NCBI GenBank assembly: GCA_963678065.2
Contig: CAXXVZ010000005.1
Span: 1,120,001 to 1,184,000, forward strand
Source: Treponemataceae bacterium
Lineage (GTDB): Bacteria; Spirochaetota; Spirochaetia; Treponematales; Rectinemataceae
Length of the DNA stretch: 64,000 bases
Direction: 5' to 3'
The first letter of the stretch is position 1, and every line of letters starts with the position of its first letter. The position numbers and the translations under genes were made by a program. Below are positions 28,063 to 38,470 of the stretch, in pieces. Below the pieces are notes generated by a model. That model was not told the origin of the DNA, did not search any database, and saw only the letters and a program-made list of their open reading frames with translations.

Positions 28063-29549
28063 CAGAGGCTCACTTCGTGCATCAGTTCATCGAGTGTCGT
28101 TGTGCCGTTTCGGACTTTCTCCACGCCATCGCGGGCAAGGACTGTACATCCATGCGTACGGACATGGGCCGAGATATCGGCCGCGGGCGCCCTCGCGGTA
28201 ATCAACTCTTCAAGGATCGGATCCATGGTAAAGATCTCGGACAGCACGGTTCTGCCCAGGTACCCGGTTCCTCCACAGCGGGAGCACCCCCGTGCATCCG
28301 CGACCGTGGTATCGTCGATGCCATACCGCGTGAGGATCCTCTGTTCCGCCTCTGTCGGAAGGCGATGAATCGCGCATGCCGGGCACAGTTTCCGTACGAG
28401 TCGCTGGGCTGTCGCTCCGCGAAGGACCGACGCGATGAGATAGGGCTCGATACCCATATTGGCGAGTCGGGATATGACCGCCACGCTGTCATTCGTATGC
28501 AGTGTCGACAACACGAGATGACCGGTCAGGGCAGCCCGGACCGCGAGCTCCGCTGTCGGCGAATCGCGGATTTCTCCAACCATGATGACATTGGGATCTT
28601 GCCGCAGCACGCGGCGAAGAATGGAATCAAATGACAGTCCGATCATGTCGTTGGTCTGGATTTGATTGACGCCATCGATGGTATATTCCACGGGATCTTC
28701 GATCGTGATGATTTTTAATCCCTCAGCGCAGATTTCCCGCACCATGGCGTTGAGCGTGGTGGTTTTTCCGCTTCCTGTCGGCCCTGTGACAAGAATGAGC
28801 CCATGCTGGATCGTCAAAAACTTTCGGAGCGTCGTGCAGTCGGACTCGGAAAATCCAAGCTGGTCCAGACCCAGCGGTTTTTTCTTTCGGTTGAACAATC
28901 GCAAGACAATCGATTCACCATGGATGGTTGGAATGATGGACACGCGCAGATCGACGGTATCATCCCCGATCTCGACCGTCATGCGGCCGTCTTGAGGAAG
29001 CCGCCGTTCCATGATGTTGAGGTTCGCCATAATCTTGATTCGGGACGCCACGGCAGGGAAACGACCCCGATCGAGAGTTTTGACCGTCTTCAATACCCCG
29101 TCGATGCGGTACCGGATCCGGATTCCCCCTTCCTGGGCTTCCATGTGGATATCGGAGGCCCCACACCGGATTCCTTCGATGCACAGGCTGTTGACCAGAT
29201 TCACGATCGGGGCATCGTTTGCGAGCCTGTCGAGCAGGAGCCGCTCGTCATCGCTGTCAGGATTTTTCGCGGATATCGAATCGGATTCTGAAGCCCGCGT
29301 ACCGAGGTGCGCGGCCAACTCCATCCGGTCTATCTCATGGAACCGGAGGGTCTTGCCATCGTGGAATTTTTGTAAGGATTCCCGAATCGACGGGGAGGTC
29401 GATTCGGTGACGCCGATATCGACAGCCTCCGGATCTTCGTTCAGCTTGAGTACACCGTGTGCTTCACAATACTCCTCGGGATATTGCTGTTTCCCCGCCG
29501 GGATCGGCGCGTAGGAAGCGATCGGGACCCGATCCGGGGCGACGGTCAT
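28062..29549 (-). CDS. gspE: T2SS ATPase GspE/PilB
   Basis: ASDIH, ERRLPQDGR, GPTGSGKTT, LRQDPN, CxxC pairs. Confidence 0.95.
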   Translation of the reverse strand: MTVAPDRVPIASYAPIPAGKQQYPEEYCEAHGVLKLNEDPEAVDIGVTESTSPSIRESLQKFHDGKTLRFHEIDRMELAAHLGTRASESDSISAKNPDSDDERLLLDRLANDAPIVNLVNSLCIEGIRCGASDIHMEAQEGGIRIRYRIDGVLKTVKTLDRGRFPAVASRIKIMANLNIMERRLPQDGRMTVEIGDDTVDLRVSIIPTIHGESIVLRLFNRKKKPLGLDQLGFSESDCTTLRKFLTIQHGLILVTGPTGSGKTTTLNAMVREICAEGLKIITIEDPVEYTIDGVNQIQTNDMIGLSFDSILRRVLRQDPNVIMVGEIRDSPTAELAVRAALTGHLVLSTLHTNDSVAVISRLANMGIEPYLIASVLRGATAQRLVRKLCPACAIHRLPTEAEQRILTRYGIDDTTVADARGCSRCGGTGYLGRTVLSEIFTMDPILEELITARAPAADISAHVRTHGCTVLARDGVEKVRNGTTTLDELMHEVSL

Positions 29550-31747
29550 CGGACAAATCCTTCCACGAACGAGCGATAATACGATTCCATGCGCCTGCCG
29601 GCAGTTCGCACATCGAGATCGTCGCCAAAGGTAACATGCGGAACGATATAGAGAACCATCTCCGTATTCTCTTCTGTCTCGGTGTGGCTGCGGAACAGAA
29701 GCCCCAATAGGGGAATATCGCCGAGGATCGGCACTTTGGAACTCGTGACATCCTTGCTCTTCTGAAGGAGTCCACCGATGATCACCGGTTTCCCCGACAT
29801 CGTCCTGACATTCGTCGTCACAACTTTCTCTGATGTCGGAGGCGGATTCCCTGTCGTGCTCGATGTGTCGGCCCCGCGTTTGGACACCGTCGCGTGGACT
29901 TGCATCGTCACCATCCCATCCCCGGAGACCCATCCATTGATACCGAGAATGAGTCCCGACGTTATTTCTCGCGTGACCCCAGTATATTTTTGTTTTCCGG
30001 TATCGGGGTCGATCTCGATTTCGCGGTATCGGAAGGTGTCGGTATTCTGGAACTTGGTTTCCTGCCCGGAAAGCCCATTCAGTGTCGTATCGGCGAAGAC
30101 ATTGGCGAGATTGTTCGAGAGGCTCGCATTCAGGCTGAGGGCGAATTGGTAGCCAAACTGGGCGACAACGTCAAACGACAATGACAGGAGTTTGGAAAGA
30201 TCTCCGGAAAAGGAAATTCCGGGAGTACTGGACGATGGCCCGAACTCGGCCTTCGATCGGGAAAAGTCCGATCCCTTGCCCTTTTGGTATTGGACGACAA
30301 GCAATTCATAGCGGATCTGCGGCTTTGGCCGGTCGATGAGTTCTATCTCGCGAAGGAATATCTTTCGTTTGTCCTCGGATCCGATATAAAAGAGTAAAGA
30401 GGGCGAACCACTTTCGACAATATCTTCCCTGACAACGGATGGGGGCAGGTTTTTCAAAAGCTCTTCTGTCTTGATGTATTTCAGGCGTACCGGATAGCCA
30501 TCCGTCTTCCGATCGGCAATGCCGATGAAAGAAGCTATATCCTGCCTGCCGGATTCCGATACAAGGGCGATAAACCCATTCCCGTCAGGAAGCAGCACCG
30601 GCGCGATCGGCAAAAGCTTGGGCGGGATGAGCGGGACGATATCCCGTGCCTTGAAGTATTTTATGTCGAATCGCTGGTAGGAAAGTCCATAGAGTGGACG
30701 ATCGACCTGTCGTATGAAACCGAGAATCGGGCCAAGTTCTTCATCGCTGCCGGTCAGAATGATGGAATTGGTCGTGCGGTCAAGACGAGCCATGGTGCCC
30801 GAACTCATATCCGTAGGCAGCAGGTTGAGTACATCCTGCGCCACAAGATAGGAGAGAGAGACGACAATCGATTGCCGGTACTTTCTGAGAATGTCCTTTT
30901 TCTGAACCTCGAAGAGGTAATACACGCCATCGGAAACCAGGTAGTCCGAATTCCCGTGCTCCAGAATGAGTCGGAGCAGCTGGTCGAAGCTCTTGTCCGA
31001 AAAATAGATATTCTCCACAACGAGATCGATCCGGTTCAGGAGGGCGTATTCTTTCCCGGCCTTTGCGAACAATTCTACGAGAACATCGAGGAATCGTCCT
31101 TTGTCGAGGTTGATGGCATACGTATCGCCAGTTCGGGTGATGCTTGGCTTCTTGGCAGCCGACGCATAGGGATCCATGGGATTGACCGGTATTCTGCGGA
31201 TATAAAAGAAGTTCCCGTCCGATTCGAGCCGATAGTCGGCCAGTTTCTTGGTGAGGACATCGAGTGCTTTTTCCGGAGTGAGGCTTTCCACGTTGACGGA
31301 CAAGGTCATCTGAGGGAGGGGATCGAACAGGATGGTCTTTCCGATGGCCCTCGCAAGAGCGCGCACAAGATACTGGATGTCGACATCATCCGCCTTGAGT
31401 ATGACCGTATTCTTGTTTTTATCGAAGGAACTCTGGATTTTCGTGACGTAACAGGTGTTCCCGGTTCGGGTATAGTACAGCTTGTAGGTTGCTAAAAACG
31501 ATGCGAGGGATTGCTCGAAGTCGGCTTCAGTGAAATAGAATGAAGCGGAACCGGTCACTGTTTCATCCGGTACGATCGATACGCCGGAGGCCTCGGACAG
31601 GACTAAAAGGATGTCGACGATGGGTTGGCTCTTGAACTCCATCCGCTTCATCCGTTGCGCCGAGGCACCGGGAACGAGAACACCACAGAACAGGACTATG
31701 ATCACGCAGAGCAATCCGGCGCTGCGTCTCGCGGTATTACGACGCAT
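29546..31747 (-). CDS. gspD: Secretin GspD
   Basis: Signal peptide, repeated N-domains, IGGLL, KVPILGDIPLLGLLFRS. Confidence 0.92.
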   Translation of the reverse strand: MRRNTARRSAGLLCVIIVLFCGVLVPGASAQRMKRMEFKSQPIVDILLVLSEASGVSIVPDETVTGSASFYFTEADFEQSLASFLATYKLYYTRTGNTCYVTKIQSSFDKNKNTVILKADDVDIQYLVRALARAIGKTILFDPLPQMTLSVNVESLTPEKALDVLTKKLADYRLESDGNFFYIRRIPVNPMDPYASAAKKPSITRTGDTYAINLDKGRFLDVLVELFAKAGKEYALLNRIDLVVENIYFSDKSFDQLLRLILEHGNSDYLVSDGVYYLFEVQKKDILRKYRQSIVVSLSYLVAQDVLNLLPTDMSSGTMARLDRTTNSIILTGSDEELGPILGFIRQVDRPLYGLSYQRFDIKYFKARDIVPLIPPKLLPIAPVLLPDGNGFIALVSESGRQDIASFIGIADRKTDGYPVRLKYIKTEELLKNLPPSVVREDIVESGSPSLLFYIGSEDKRKIFLREIELIDRPKPQIRYELLVVQYQKGKGSDFSRSKAEFGPSSSTPGISFSGDLSKLLSLSFDVVAQFGYQFALSLNASLSNNLANVFADTTLNGLSGQETKFQNTDTFRYREIEIDPDTGKQKYTGVTREITSGLILGINGWVSGDGMVTMQVHATVSKRGADTSSTTGNPPPTSEKVVTTNVRTMSGKPVIIGGLLQKSKDVTSSKVPILGDIPLLGLLFRSHTETEENTEMVLYIVPHVTFGDDLDVRTAGRRMESYYRSFVEGFVR

Positions 31748-32207
31748 TTCCGATAATCCTGAGAGCGGCGACACAGCATCCGCCCACCGTAAGAAACGGA
31801 GCGAAGGGAATCCTGTCGTCAGCGCCTTTGTGCATGATCATGCCGGACAGGCACGCGAACAAAAGCCCGCAGCAGGCCGCACAGGCACTAGCGACAAAAA
31901 AGTAGCGAGGCCCGGTATACATTCCGAGAAACGCCGCATATTTTACATCCCCGAATCCCATCCCGCCCGTCAGGTTCCGGATGATGAGAAACAAAAGGAA
32001 GGCTCCACACGCCGCGAGTCCTTCAGTAAACACATTCCCGGTATGAAGCACTCCATCGAGCGCCATGAGGGTAAACAGTCCTCCCAGCGAAAGAATGTCG
32101 GGAATTTTGAAGCTTTTGATGTCGGTGACCGTACACGGAAGGGCAAATGCGAGAAACACTGTCCCCCGTATGAGGTGGCTATACTCATTCACTGGCATGT
32201 GAAGCAT
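31737..32207 (-). CDS. gspO: Prepilin peptidase (A24, short form)
   Basis: TDIKSFKIPD, GMGFGDVK, IPFAPFL. Confidence 0.9.
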   Translation of the reverse strand: MLHMPVNEYSHLIRGTVFLAFALPCTVTDIKSFKIPDILSLGGLFTLMALDGVLHTGNVFTEGLAACGAFLLFLIIRNLTGGMGFGDVKYAAFLGMYTGPRYFFVASACAACCGLLFACLSGMIMHKGADDRIPFAPFLTVGGCCVAALRIIGNAS

Positions 32208-32293
32208 ATTCTATAGCGTCTCCGTACAAAGTCAAGGATTTATATCGAGCAAAATGCCGTTTCGACGAATGTGAAAAAATAATTTTTCTTTCC

Positions 32294-32324
32294 TTGACGA
32301 CTGTCTGGTATGTGAGTTTATACT
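32294..32324 (+). promoter_or_regulatory. Sigma70-like promoter for rhs2 (19-nt spacer)
   Basis: TTGACG-19 nt-TATACT; leader is an inverted copy of 21806-21872. Confidence 0.5.
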
Positions 32325-32382
32325 CAATAATAATTATTCTAATCAAGCACCCCCATCGAGAGAGTCTCTAAGGAGAGAAGGT

Positions 32383-35300
32383 ATGAACAAGCCCGCGAGG
32401 AAGAAGCTGAGAGCCTGCATCGTGCTCGCCTGCGCTGCCATGGGCGCATGGGCGCAGACACGGGCGCCGGAAGCGGCGACTGCCGGAGGCGCGTACCGGA
32501 TCGAGCGGGGAACGGACGGGACGGACTCGTACACGCCGCTCGTGAAGGGACGACACACGTTCAGCTTCGGCTCGGGGGCGGGACACATCGAGTTCGATTC
32601 GGACGCGGTGGACCTGTCGGTGGCGACGGTCAGGCAGGCAGGGAAGTCGGGGAAGTCCGTGGCGGCGAGCAGTTTTGCGAAGACGGGGCAGGGACTGGGG
32701 AACCGAGGACTGGCGATGACGGTGAGGCAGGTAGGAGGACCGGCGGCAGGGCGGAACGGACAGATCGACGGGATGGGGATCACGGGTCCGGTGTGGGAGT
32801 TTGGGCCTGAGAAGCTGCGGTTCACGAAGCCTGCGAGGCTGACGCTGCCGTACAGCTGTCCAGAGGGGATGCCGGAGAGCCAGATCCAGGTGTTCTGGTA
32901 CAATGAAAGCGTGAAGCGGTGGGAAGTTGTGCCGAAGCTGAGCCAGGACATGGTTACGCACACCATTACGGCGACTATAGACCACTTCAGCAGCTATACG
33001 ACGGGTATATCGTCGAACCGAAAGGATGAAGCGGGAACGCTTGCGGGACTCGGAGGATCGAGGAGTGAGCGGGTGGACCCGTACTTCGGGACGCTCCTCA
33101 TGGACAGCACAGAGGTGGACATCGCCGCCCGAGGGATCGGCTTCGGCCTTCAATCGAGTTTCAACTCGGATTATTTGTACTCGCAGTATGTGTCGACGCT
33201 CAGCGGAAGTTTCACGAGTTCGGGCAACCTCTGTGTGAGCCCGAATAACAGCTCATACATATATGCATCTGGGTGGAGTTACCTTCTCCCGTTCTGCAAC
33301 TATGGAACCTATGGTGTGCTGACCCTGACCGTTCCCGGCGGGTCGGTGTTCGACCTCACATCTGTATTGAACCAGTTCGGGACGATGACCGCGAACGCGG
33401 AAACGACGATCGACCGTTATGTGGTCACCAAATCGGGAACGACGCTGACGGTGCGCATCCCCGAGACAGGGTTCTCGGGCCGGTTCACGATCTTCGAACA
33501 TGCGTGGTCGGATAGATCGTATCCGCCGGGAGACGATCCAGTTATCACCTATTATTACGAGGTCAAGGCGACCTCTGCGCGGCTCTTCTATCCGGACGGA
33601 CGAGAGGCAGAGTTCACGGGATCGGGGTATGTGTCGAAGATCTGGGATCCGTCCCTGGTGAACGGCGTCACGTTCAGCTACTCGGGGACGACGCTGACGC
33701 AGCTTGACCACACGGATGGTCGGTCGGTGAAGATCTATTCGTATGCGGGATCAAGCGGGCAGACACGAATAGTGTATATCCTGTCGTCGAGCACGGGAAG
33801 GACGACGCTGAATCCGGGGGATCTGTTCCTGCAGCGGAAGACACTCGACTCGTCAGGTAGAGTGATTTCAATCGACGAACTGGGAACGGTGCCGATCACA
33901 CAGACCATCACATCGTTCACGCCGAGCCTGTCGAACGAGTCGACGTACAGCACGGTGCTGCGCTCGACAACATATGGATACTCTGTAGGATTAGGCGGGG
34001 TTGACTATATTGAGATGCAATCGCCGGGGAAAGGGTACTCGAAATATACGTTCGGTGTGTCGTTCCATCCGTATGGGTATTGCACCTATTCCAATCTGTA
34101 CACCTACAACGATAATGATCCTCCTGGGGAGCCACATTGGATCACGGTCGGGGCAAACTACCGCTATTATCAAAATAAACCCAAGGTGTGCACTGTTATA
34201 CGGAAAGAACAGTCCGGTTCGACAGAGTATGCAAAGGATTATTATACCTACGAATCCGGAGGCGGAAAGACGGCATTCACGTCATCAGACTGGGAGAGTT
34301 CAACCACGACATGGCCTGATCCATGGGATATCTACCCATCGAAGACGACGATCGCGACAGTCCGTGTGGCCGGGAGTGAGACGGCACTCGTCAAAAAAGA
34401 ACTATTTTTTTCCCATACAGGGGATCTCCCAAATAAGACATATTTGGGCGTGGGAACGGATATCACGTACAAGAACTCAAGTGACTTCTATACGAAAACA
34501 GGGCGCTCATTCACCCCGACTTCCTCGTTACTTGGGAGCTATCGCACGCAGTACGAATATGTCTACATCGGGGATTCCGGTACATCGCGGTACACGCTGA
34601 CGCATTCGTACGACAGCGATGGGCGGCGGACGCGGACGCAGAACAGCCTTGCGGGAAGTACATACACGGCCTACCTCAATACGCTTACGTCTGACACCAC
34701 CTTCTGGGACAATCCGTACACATCGACGAACAACTTCACGGACAACCTGGTGAAAGGCTTCGGGATCATAGCGGGAGAGGCGGTCGAGCAGGCTTCAGGA
34801 TCGTGCTTCAAGACATACCGGAAATACCAATCAGACCTGAAGCTGCTCGAGACGAAAGATCTTGAATACTATGCGAACGGGACGGCCAACACCAAGACGG
34901 TGACGAGTGCGTGGAACAGCTCGACGAATACGCTTGCGAGCGTGACGGAGCCCTGGGGGGACTCAAGTACGACGACGACCTCGTTCAGCTACGGGAGCGG
35001 GTGGAAGAGCTCGTTCGTGACGACACAGACGAAGGAGCTGGGGGCGAACATCGGAACGAATGATCGTGTCGTCACCACGTATGATTATGACCTTGCGGGA
35101 CGACGGCTGCAGGAAGGGACGGTCGTCACGGATTCACAGGGGACCGCAATCGACGGGACGAAGTATCCCGCAGCGACGAGTAAGCTCGAGTGTGATGGAC
35201 TGGGACGAGTGACGAAGAAGTCACGGGTGGTGAGCGGGACAGAGACGACACTCGGGCGGTACGAGTATGGGCAGGACACGAATGGACTGTGGTCGACGGC

Positions 35301-38001
35301 GACGGACGGGAAAGGATTCCGCACCGAATCGCGGTACGATTTCTACGGACGGCTTCTGCAGGAGATACCGTACAAGCCGGATACGGCGAGCAGGGACGCG
35401 ACATACACGGGGTCAGGAGAGGTGGCGATCGGGAAGGTGGTGAAGACGTGGGATATGGCGATGCCATCGCTCGTGAAGAGCGAGACGGTGTATCTGGACG
35501 CAGGTCTTTCGACGCAACTTGTGACGAGCTACAGCTACGATGTGCTGGGGCGGCCTGTGCAGGTGCAGTCGGGGCCGAGCTCCGGCTCACAGGTGACGAT
35601 GGTGGCGACGGCCTACGACGACAGCCAGAACACGGTGACGGTGGACAGGTACCGGGATGGGTCGACGTACACGAGGACGAGGACGCAGAAAGACTGGCTG
35701 GGACGGACAAGCTCGGAGATCCAGTGGGACGGGACGAACGGGGGAGGGAACAGCCGGACGACGTCGTACGCTTATAATTTTACGGGACAGGTGACGTCGA
35801 AGACGATGCCGAACGGGGAAGCGTACACGTACGTGTACACGCGTGCGGGACGGCTGCAGACGGAAAGCTACCCTATGGGGCGGGGGAGTAAGTCGAACAC
35901 GTACTACCCGGACGGACGGGTGCGTGTCGCGACGGAGCTGAACGGCGACACAGTGAGTTACACGTACAATAAGGCGGGGATGGAGCGGACGAGGACGACA
36001 GCGTCGACGAGGAGCCCGCAGCCCGCGACGCTCGTAGTGACAAGCGCGTACTGCCAGTATGGTCCGGCCACGGTGGCTGAGCAGCGAGGGGGTGAATCGA
36101 CGCCGAGCCAGACGGTGGCGTGGGAATACGGGGTGAACGGGATACCGGCCAAAGAGAGTCGGACCGTCCCGACTCAGGCGGGGTCGAAGACGGCGACGGT
36201 AGTGAGGACCTACGACCTGGCGAACAATCCGGCGAGTGTGACGGTGACGGGGTTTGGTGGGTACGCGAAGGCCGTGAACTATGCGACACCGTACTTCGGC
36301 GGAACAGGATATGGCGGGAACACGAACACGCTGTCGGTGTCGGACAGTTCGTCGAACCTGCTAGGGCGGACAGGACTGTCGTTCTGGGGAGGACGGACGG
36401 CGGTATCGTACGGGACGTCGGGGGGAACGGCGGTGTACGGGTACGACACGTGGCTGCGAATGAGTTCGGTGGACAATCCGGGGAGCCTGTGCGACGGGAG
36501 CTACACGTACGATCGGACGGGGAACGTGACGGGGCGGGACGGGGTGAGCTACGGGTACGACGGGATGAACCGCCTGTCGACGGGAGGGGGAACAAGCTAC
36601 GGCTACGACGCGATCGGGAACCTGACACAGTCGACGGGGACAGATCCGGCGAGCTATGGCTATGCGCCGGTGTCGGGAGTGAACAGCATGCTCCTACGGA
36701 ACATCACGCATCCGAGTTCGCAAGCCGTGACGGACGACGCGAGTCGGGGGTGGGTGACGGGTGTGCAGAACCGATACGCGAGCCTTACGTGGGACGTGTA
36801 CGGGCGGCTGGAGGGTATGGGAGACCTGGCGAGGAACGCAGGTGGAACGCAGACGGACAGCTATCGGTACTACCCGGACGGGCTGCGGTATCGGAAAGAT
36901 GAGACGTCGACGACGGGAGCGGTGACGACGACGCTGTACGTGTACGAGGGGAACGAGATACTGCTGAAGGAGAGGATGGAGGGGAGCACGTGGAAGACGG
37001 CGCAGGTGAACGTGCGGCTTGGGGGTATGGAAGTCGGACGGTACGTGAAGGACTACGTGGGGAACACGGAGCGGCTAGAGTACGTATGGCAGGACAACCT
37101 GGGATCGCGGAGGGCAGTCACGGACACGGCGGGGACGGTGAAGGCGAAGATCGACTATGCGGTGTGGGGTGGCTCGACGGTGACGAACTACAACGGGTAC
37201 GACGGGAGTCAGGATGTGTCGTACACGGGGAAGGAGCGAGACGCGACGGGACTGTACTACTTCAATGCGCGGTACTATGATTGTGTGGCGGGGAGGTTCT
37301 ACTCTGAGGACCCGGTCAGGGATGGGGGCAACTGGTTCGTCTACTGTGGCAACAATCCGCTCTCGGCCACGGATCCCACCGGATTACGAGAAGTTGAAGA
37401 GACAGTCGATAGTGGGGTCTATGAACAGAAGGATCGAAGAGAAGCACCGGAAAGAAATTCAGGGTCATCTTTATTTGGCAAGATAAAAAGCTATTTACCT
37501 GGAGACTATTGGGCATCGAAGGGGTATGACACATGGTCTTCGGGTGGAGGCTTTTGGAAAGGTCTAGGCTATTTTGGACTAGCCGCCTGTAATGATGCAA
37601 CATTTTTGATGTTAGGTCAGATAGGGGGTGTAGCACTAAACAAGCTAGGCGGACTATTTATAAAAAGTGCCGCTGGGGAGGGGGCAATAGAGCTGCCTAC
37701 TGCTCTTCAGGGAGGTGCGGCAACAACTGACGTTTATTTTGGGACAAGACATGGCCAACGTGTATACGCTGGAATCACCAATGATCTTGCACGTCGGCAA
37801 GGTGAACATGAAAGCCGATTTATCCTTGAGCGCATAACTCAATCACCGGTGACTAGAGGTGAAGCGAGGGCTATTGAGCAGTCTTTGATCAGCCAGAATC
37901 CGGGCTTCGAGAATGTAATAAATAGTATTAGCCCGAAGCATTCCTGGTATCAGCAAGCTGTTGATTGGGGTAGTGCTTGGCTGAAAGCCAATGGGTATTA
38001 A
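32383..38001 (+). CDS. Rhs polymorphic toxin 2 with GIY-YIG-like nuclease tip
   Basis: Paralog of rhs1; NNPLSATDPTG; tip VY...VYAGITNDLARRQGEH...EARAIEQ...N. Confidence 0.92.
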   Translation: MNKPARKKLRACIVLACAAMGAWAQTRAPEAATAGGAYRIERGTDGTDSYTPLVKGRHTFSFGSGAGHIEFDSDAVDLSVATVRQAGKSGKSVAASSFAKTGQGLGNRGLAMTVRQVGGPAAGRNGQIDGMGITGPVWEFGPEKLRFTKPARLTLPYSCPEGMPESQIQVFWYNESVKRWEVVPKLSQDMVTHTITATIDHFSSYTTGISSNRKDEAGTLAGLGGSRSERVDPYFGTLLMDSTEVDIAARGIGFGLQSSFNSDYLYSQYVSTLSGSFTSSGNLCVSPNNSSYIYASGWSYLLPFCNYGTYGVLTLTVPGGSVFDLTSVLNQFGTMTANAETTIDRYVVTKSGTTLTVRIPETGFSGRFTIFEHAWSDRSYPPGDDPVITYYYEVKATSARLFYPDGREAEFTGSGYVSKIWDPSLVNGVTFSYSGTTLTQLDHTDGRSVKIYSYAGSSGQTRIVYILSSSTGRTTLNPGDLFLQRKTLDSSGRVISIDELGTVPITQTITSFTPSLSNESTYSTVLRSTTYGYSVGLGGVDYIEMQSPGKGYSKYTFGVSFHPYGYCTYSNLYTYNDNDPPGEPHWITVGANYRYYQNKPKVCTVIRKEQSGSTEYAKDYYTYESGGGKTAFTSSDWESSTTTWPDPWDIYPSKTTIATVRVAGSETALVKKELFFSHTGDLPNKTYLGVGTDITYKNSSDFYTKTGRSFTPTSSLLGSYRTQYEYVYIGDSGTSRYTLTHSYDSDGRRTRTQNSLAGSTYTAYLNTLTSDTTFWDNPYTSTNNFTDNLVKGFGIIAGEAVEQASGSCFKTYRKYQSDLKLLETKDLEYYANGTANTKTVTSAWNSSTNTLASVTEPWGDSSTTTTSFSYGSGWKSSFVTTQTKELGANIGTNDRVVTTYDYDLAGRRLQEGTVVTDSQGTAIDGTKYPAATSKLECDGLGRVTKKSRVVSGTETTLGRYEYGQDTNGLWSTATDGKGFRTESRYDFYGRLLQEIPYKPDTASRDATYTGSGEVAIGKVVKTWDMAMPSLVKSETVYLDAGLSTQLVTSYSYDVLGRPVQVQSGPSSGSQVTMVATAYDDSQNTVTVDRYRDGSTYTRTRTQKDWLGRTSSEIQWDGTNGGGNSRTTSYAYNFTGQVTSKTMPNGEAYTYVYTRAGRLQTESYPMGRGSKSNTYYPDGRVRVATELNGDTVSYTYNKAGMERTRTTASTRSPQPATLVVTSAYCQYGPATVAEQRGGESTPSQTVAWEYGVNGIPAKESRTVPTQAGSKTATVVRTYDLANNPASVTVTGFGGYAKAVNYATPYFGGTGYGGNTNTLSVSDSSSNLLGRTGLSFWGGRTAVSYGTSGGTAVYGYDTWLRMSSVDNPGSLCDGSYTYDRTGNVTGRDGVSYGYDGMNRLSTGGGTSYGYDAIGNLTQSTGTDPASYGYAPVSGVNSMLLRNITHPSSQAVTDDASRGWVTGVQNRYASLTWDVYGRLEGMGDLARNAGGTQTDSYRYYPDGLRYRKDETSTTGAVTTTLYVYEGNEILLKERMEGSTWKTAQVNVRLGGMEVGRYVKDYVGNTERLEYVWQDNLGSRRAVTDTAGTVKAKIDYAVWGGSTVTNYNGYDGSQDVSYTGKERDATGLYYFNARYYDCVAGRFYSEDPVRDGGNWFVYCGNNPLSATDPTGLREVEETVDSGVYEQKDRREAPERNSGSSLFGKIKSYLPGDYWASKGYDTWSSGGGFWKGLGYFGLAACNDATFLMLGQIGGVALNKLGGLFIKSAAGEGAIELPTALQGGAATTDVYFGTRHGQRVYAGITNDLARRQGEHESRFILERITQSPVTRGEARAIEQSLISQNPGFENVINSISPKHSWYQQAVDWGSAWLKANGY

Positions 38002-38002
38002 T

Positions 38003-38470
38003 ATGAACTTGAGAATTTTGAAAGGTACTAATCGGTCACCTGCTATTGGCGACTGCTTCACTATGATGCCGCCTGATGGTCAGTTTTTATTTGGCCGGGT
38101 TATTGAAATAGATGCCAACCCACTCGGATTAGGTGGTGGTATTCTAATCTACATTTACAATGGGCGATCCGAATCAAAACAAGTGCTACCAGATATGACG
38201 GTAAGCAATCTTTTGTTGCCTCCGATTATCACCAATAAGCAGCCTTGGATAAAAGGCTATTTTGAATTCTTGGGAAACGTTTCTTTAGGCCCTAAAGACA
38301 GGCTCGCTGTTCATTGTTTCAAAGATTCCCGCGGGTGGTATTTTAATGAGAGAGGAACCCGTTTGCAGGTTAAAACTGAACCAGTTGGAGAATGGGGGCT
38401 ACATAGTTATCGCACGATTGATGACGCTATATCAAATGCCCTTGGTATTCCACAGTCGCAAGAAAAATGA
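38003..38470 (+). CDS. Immunity protein (Imm26-like)
   Basis: Directly after toxin; IGDCF...DGQFLFGRVI, W..GYFEFLG. Confidence 0.8.
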   Translation: MNLRILKGTNRSPAIGDCFTMMPPDGQFLFGRVIEIDANPLGLGGGILIYIYNGRSESKQVLPDMTVSNLLLPPIITNKQPWIKGYFEFLGNVSLGPKDRLAVHCFKDSRGWYFNERGTRLQVKTEPVGEWGLHSYRTIDDAISNALGIPQSQEK

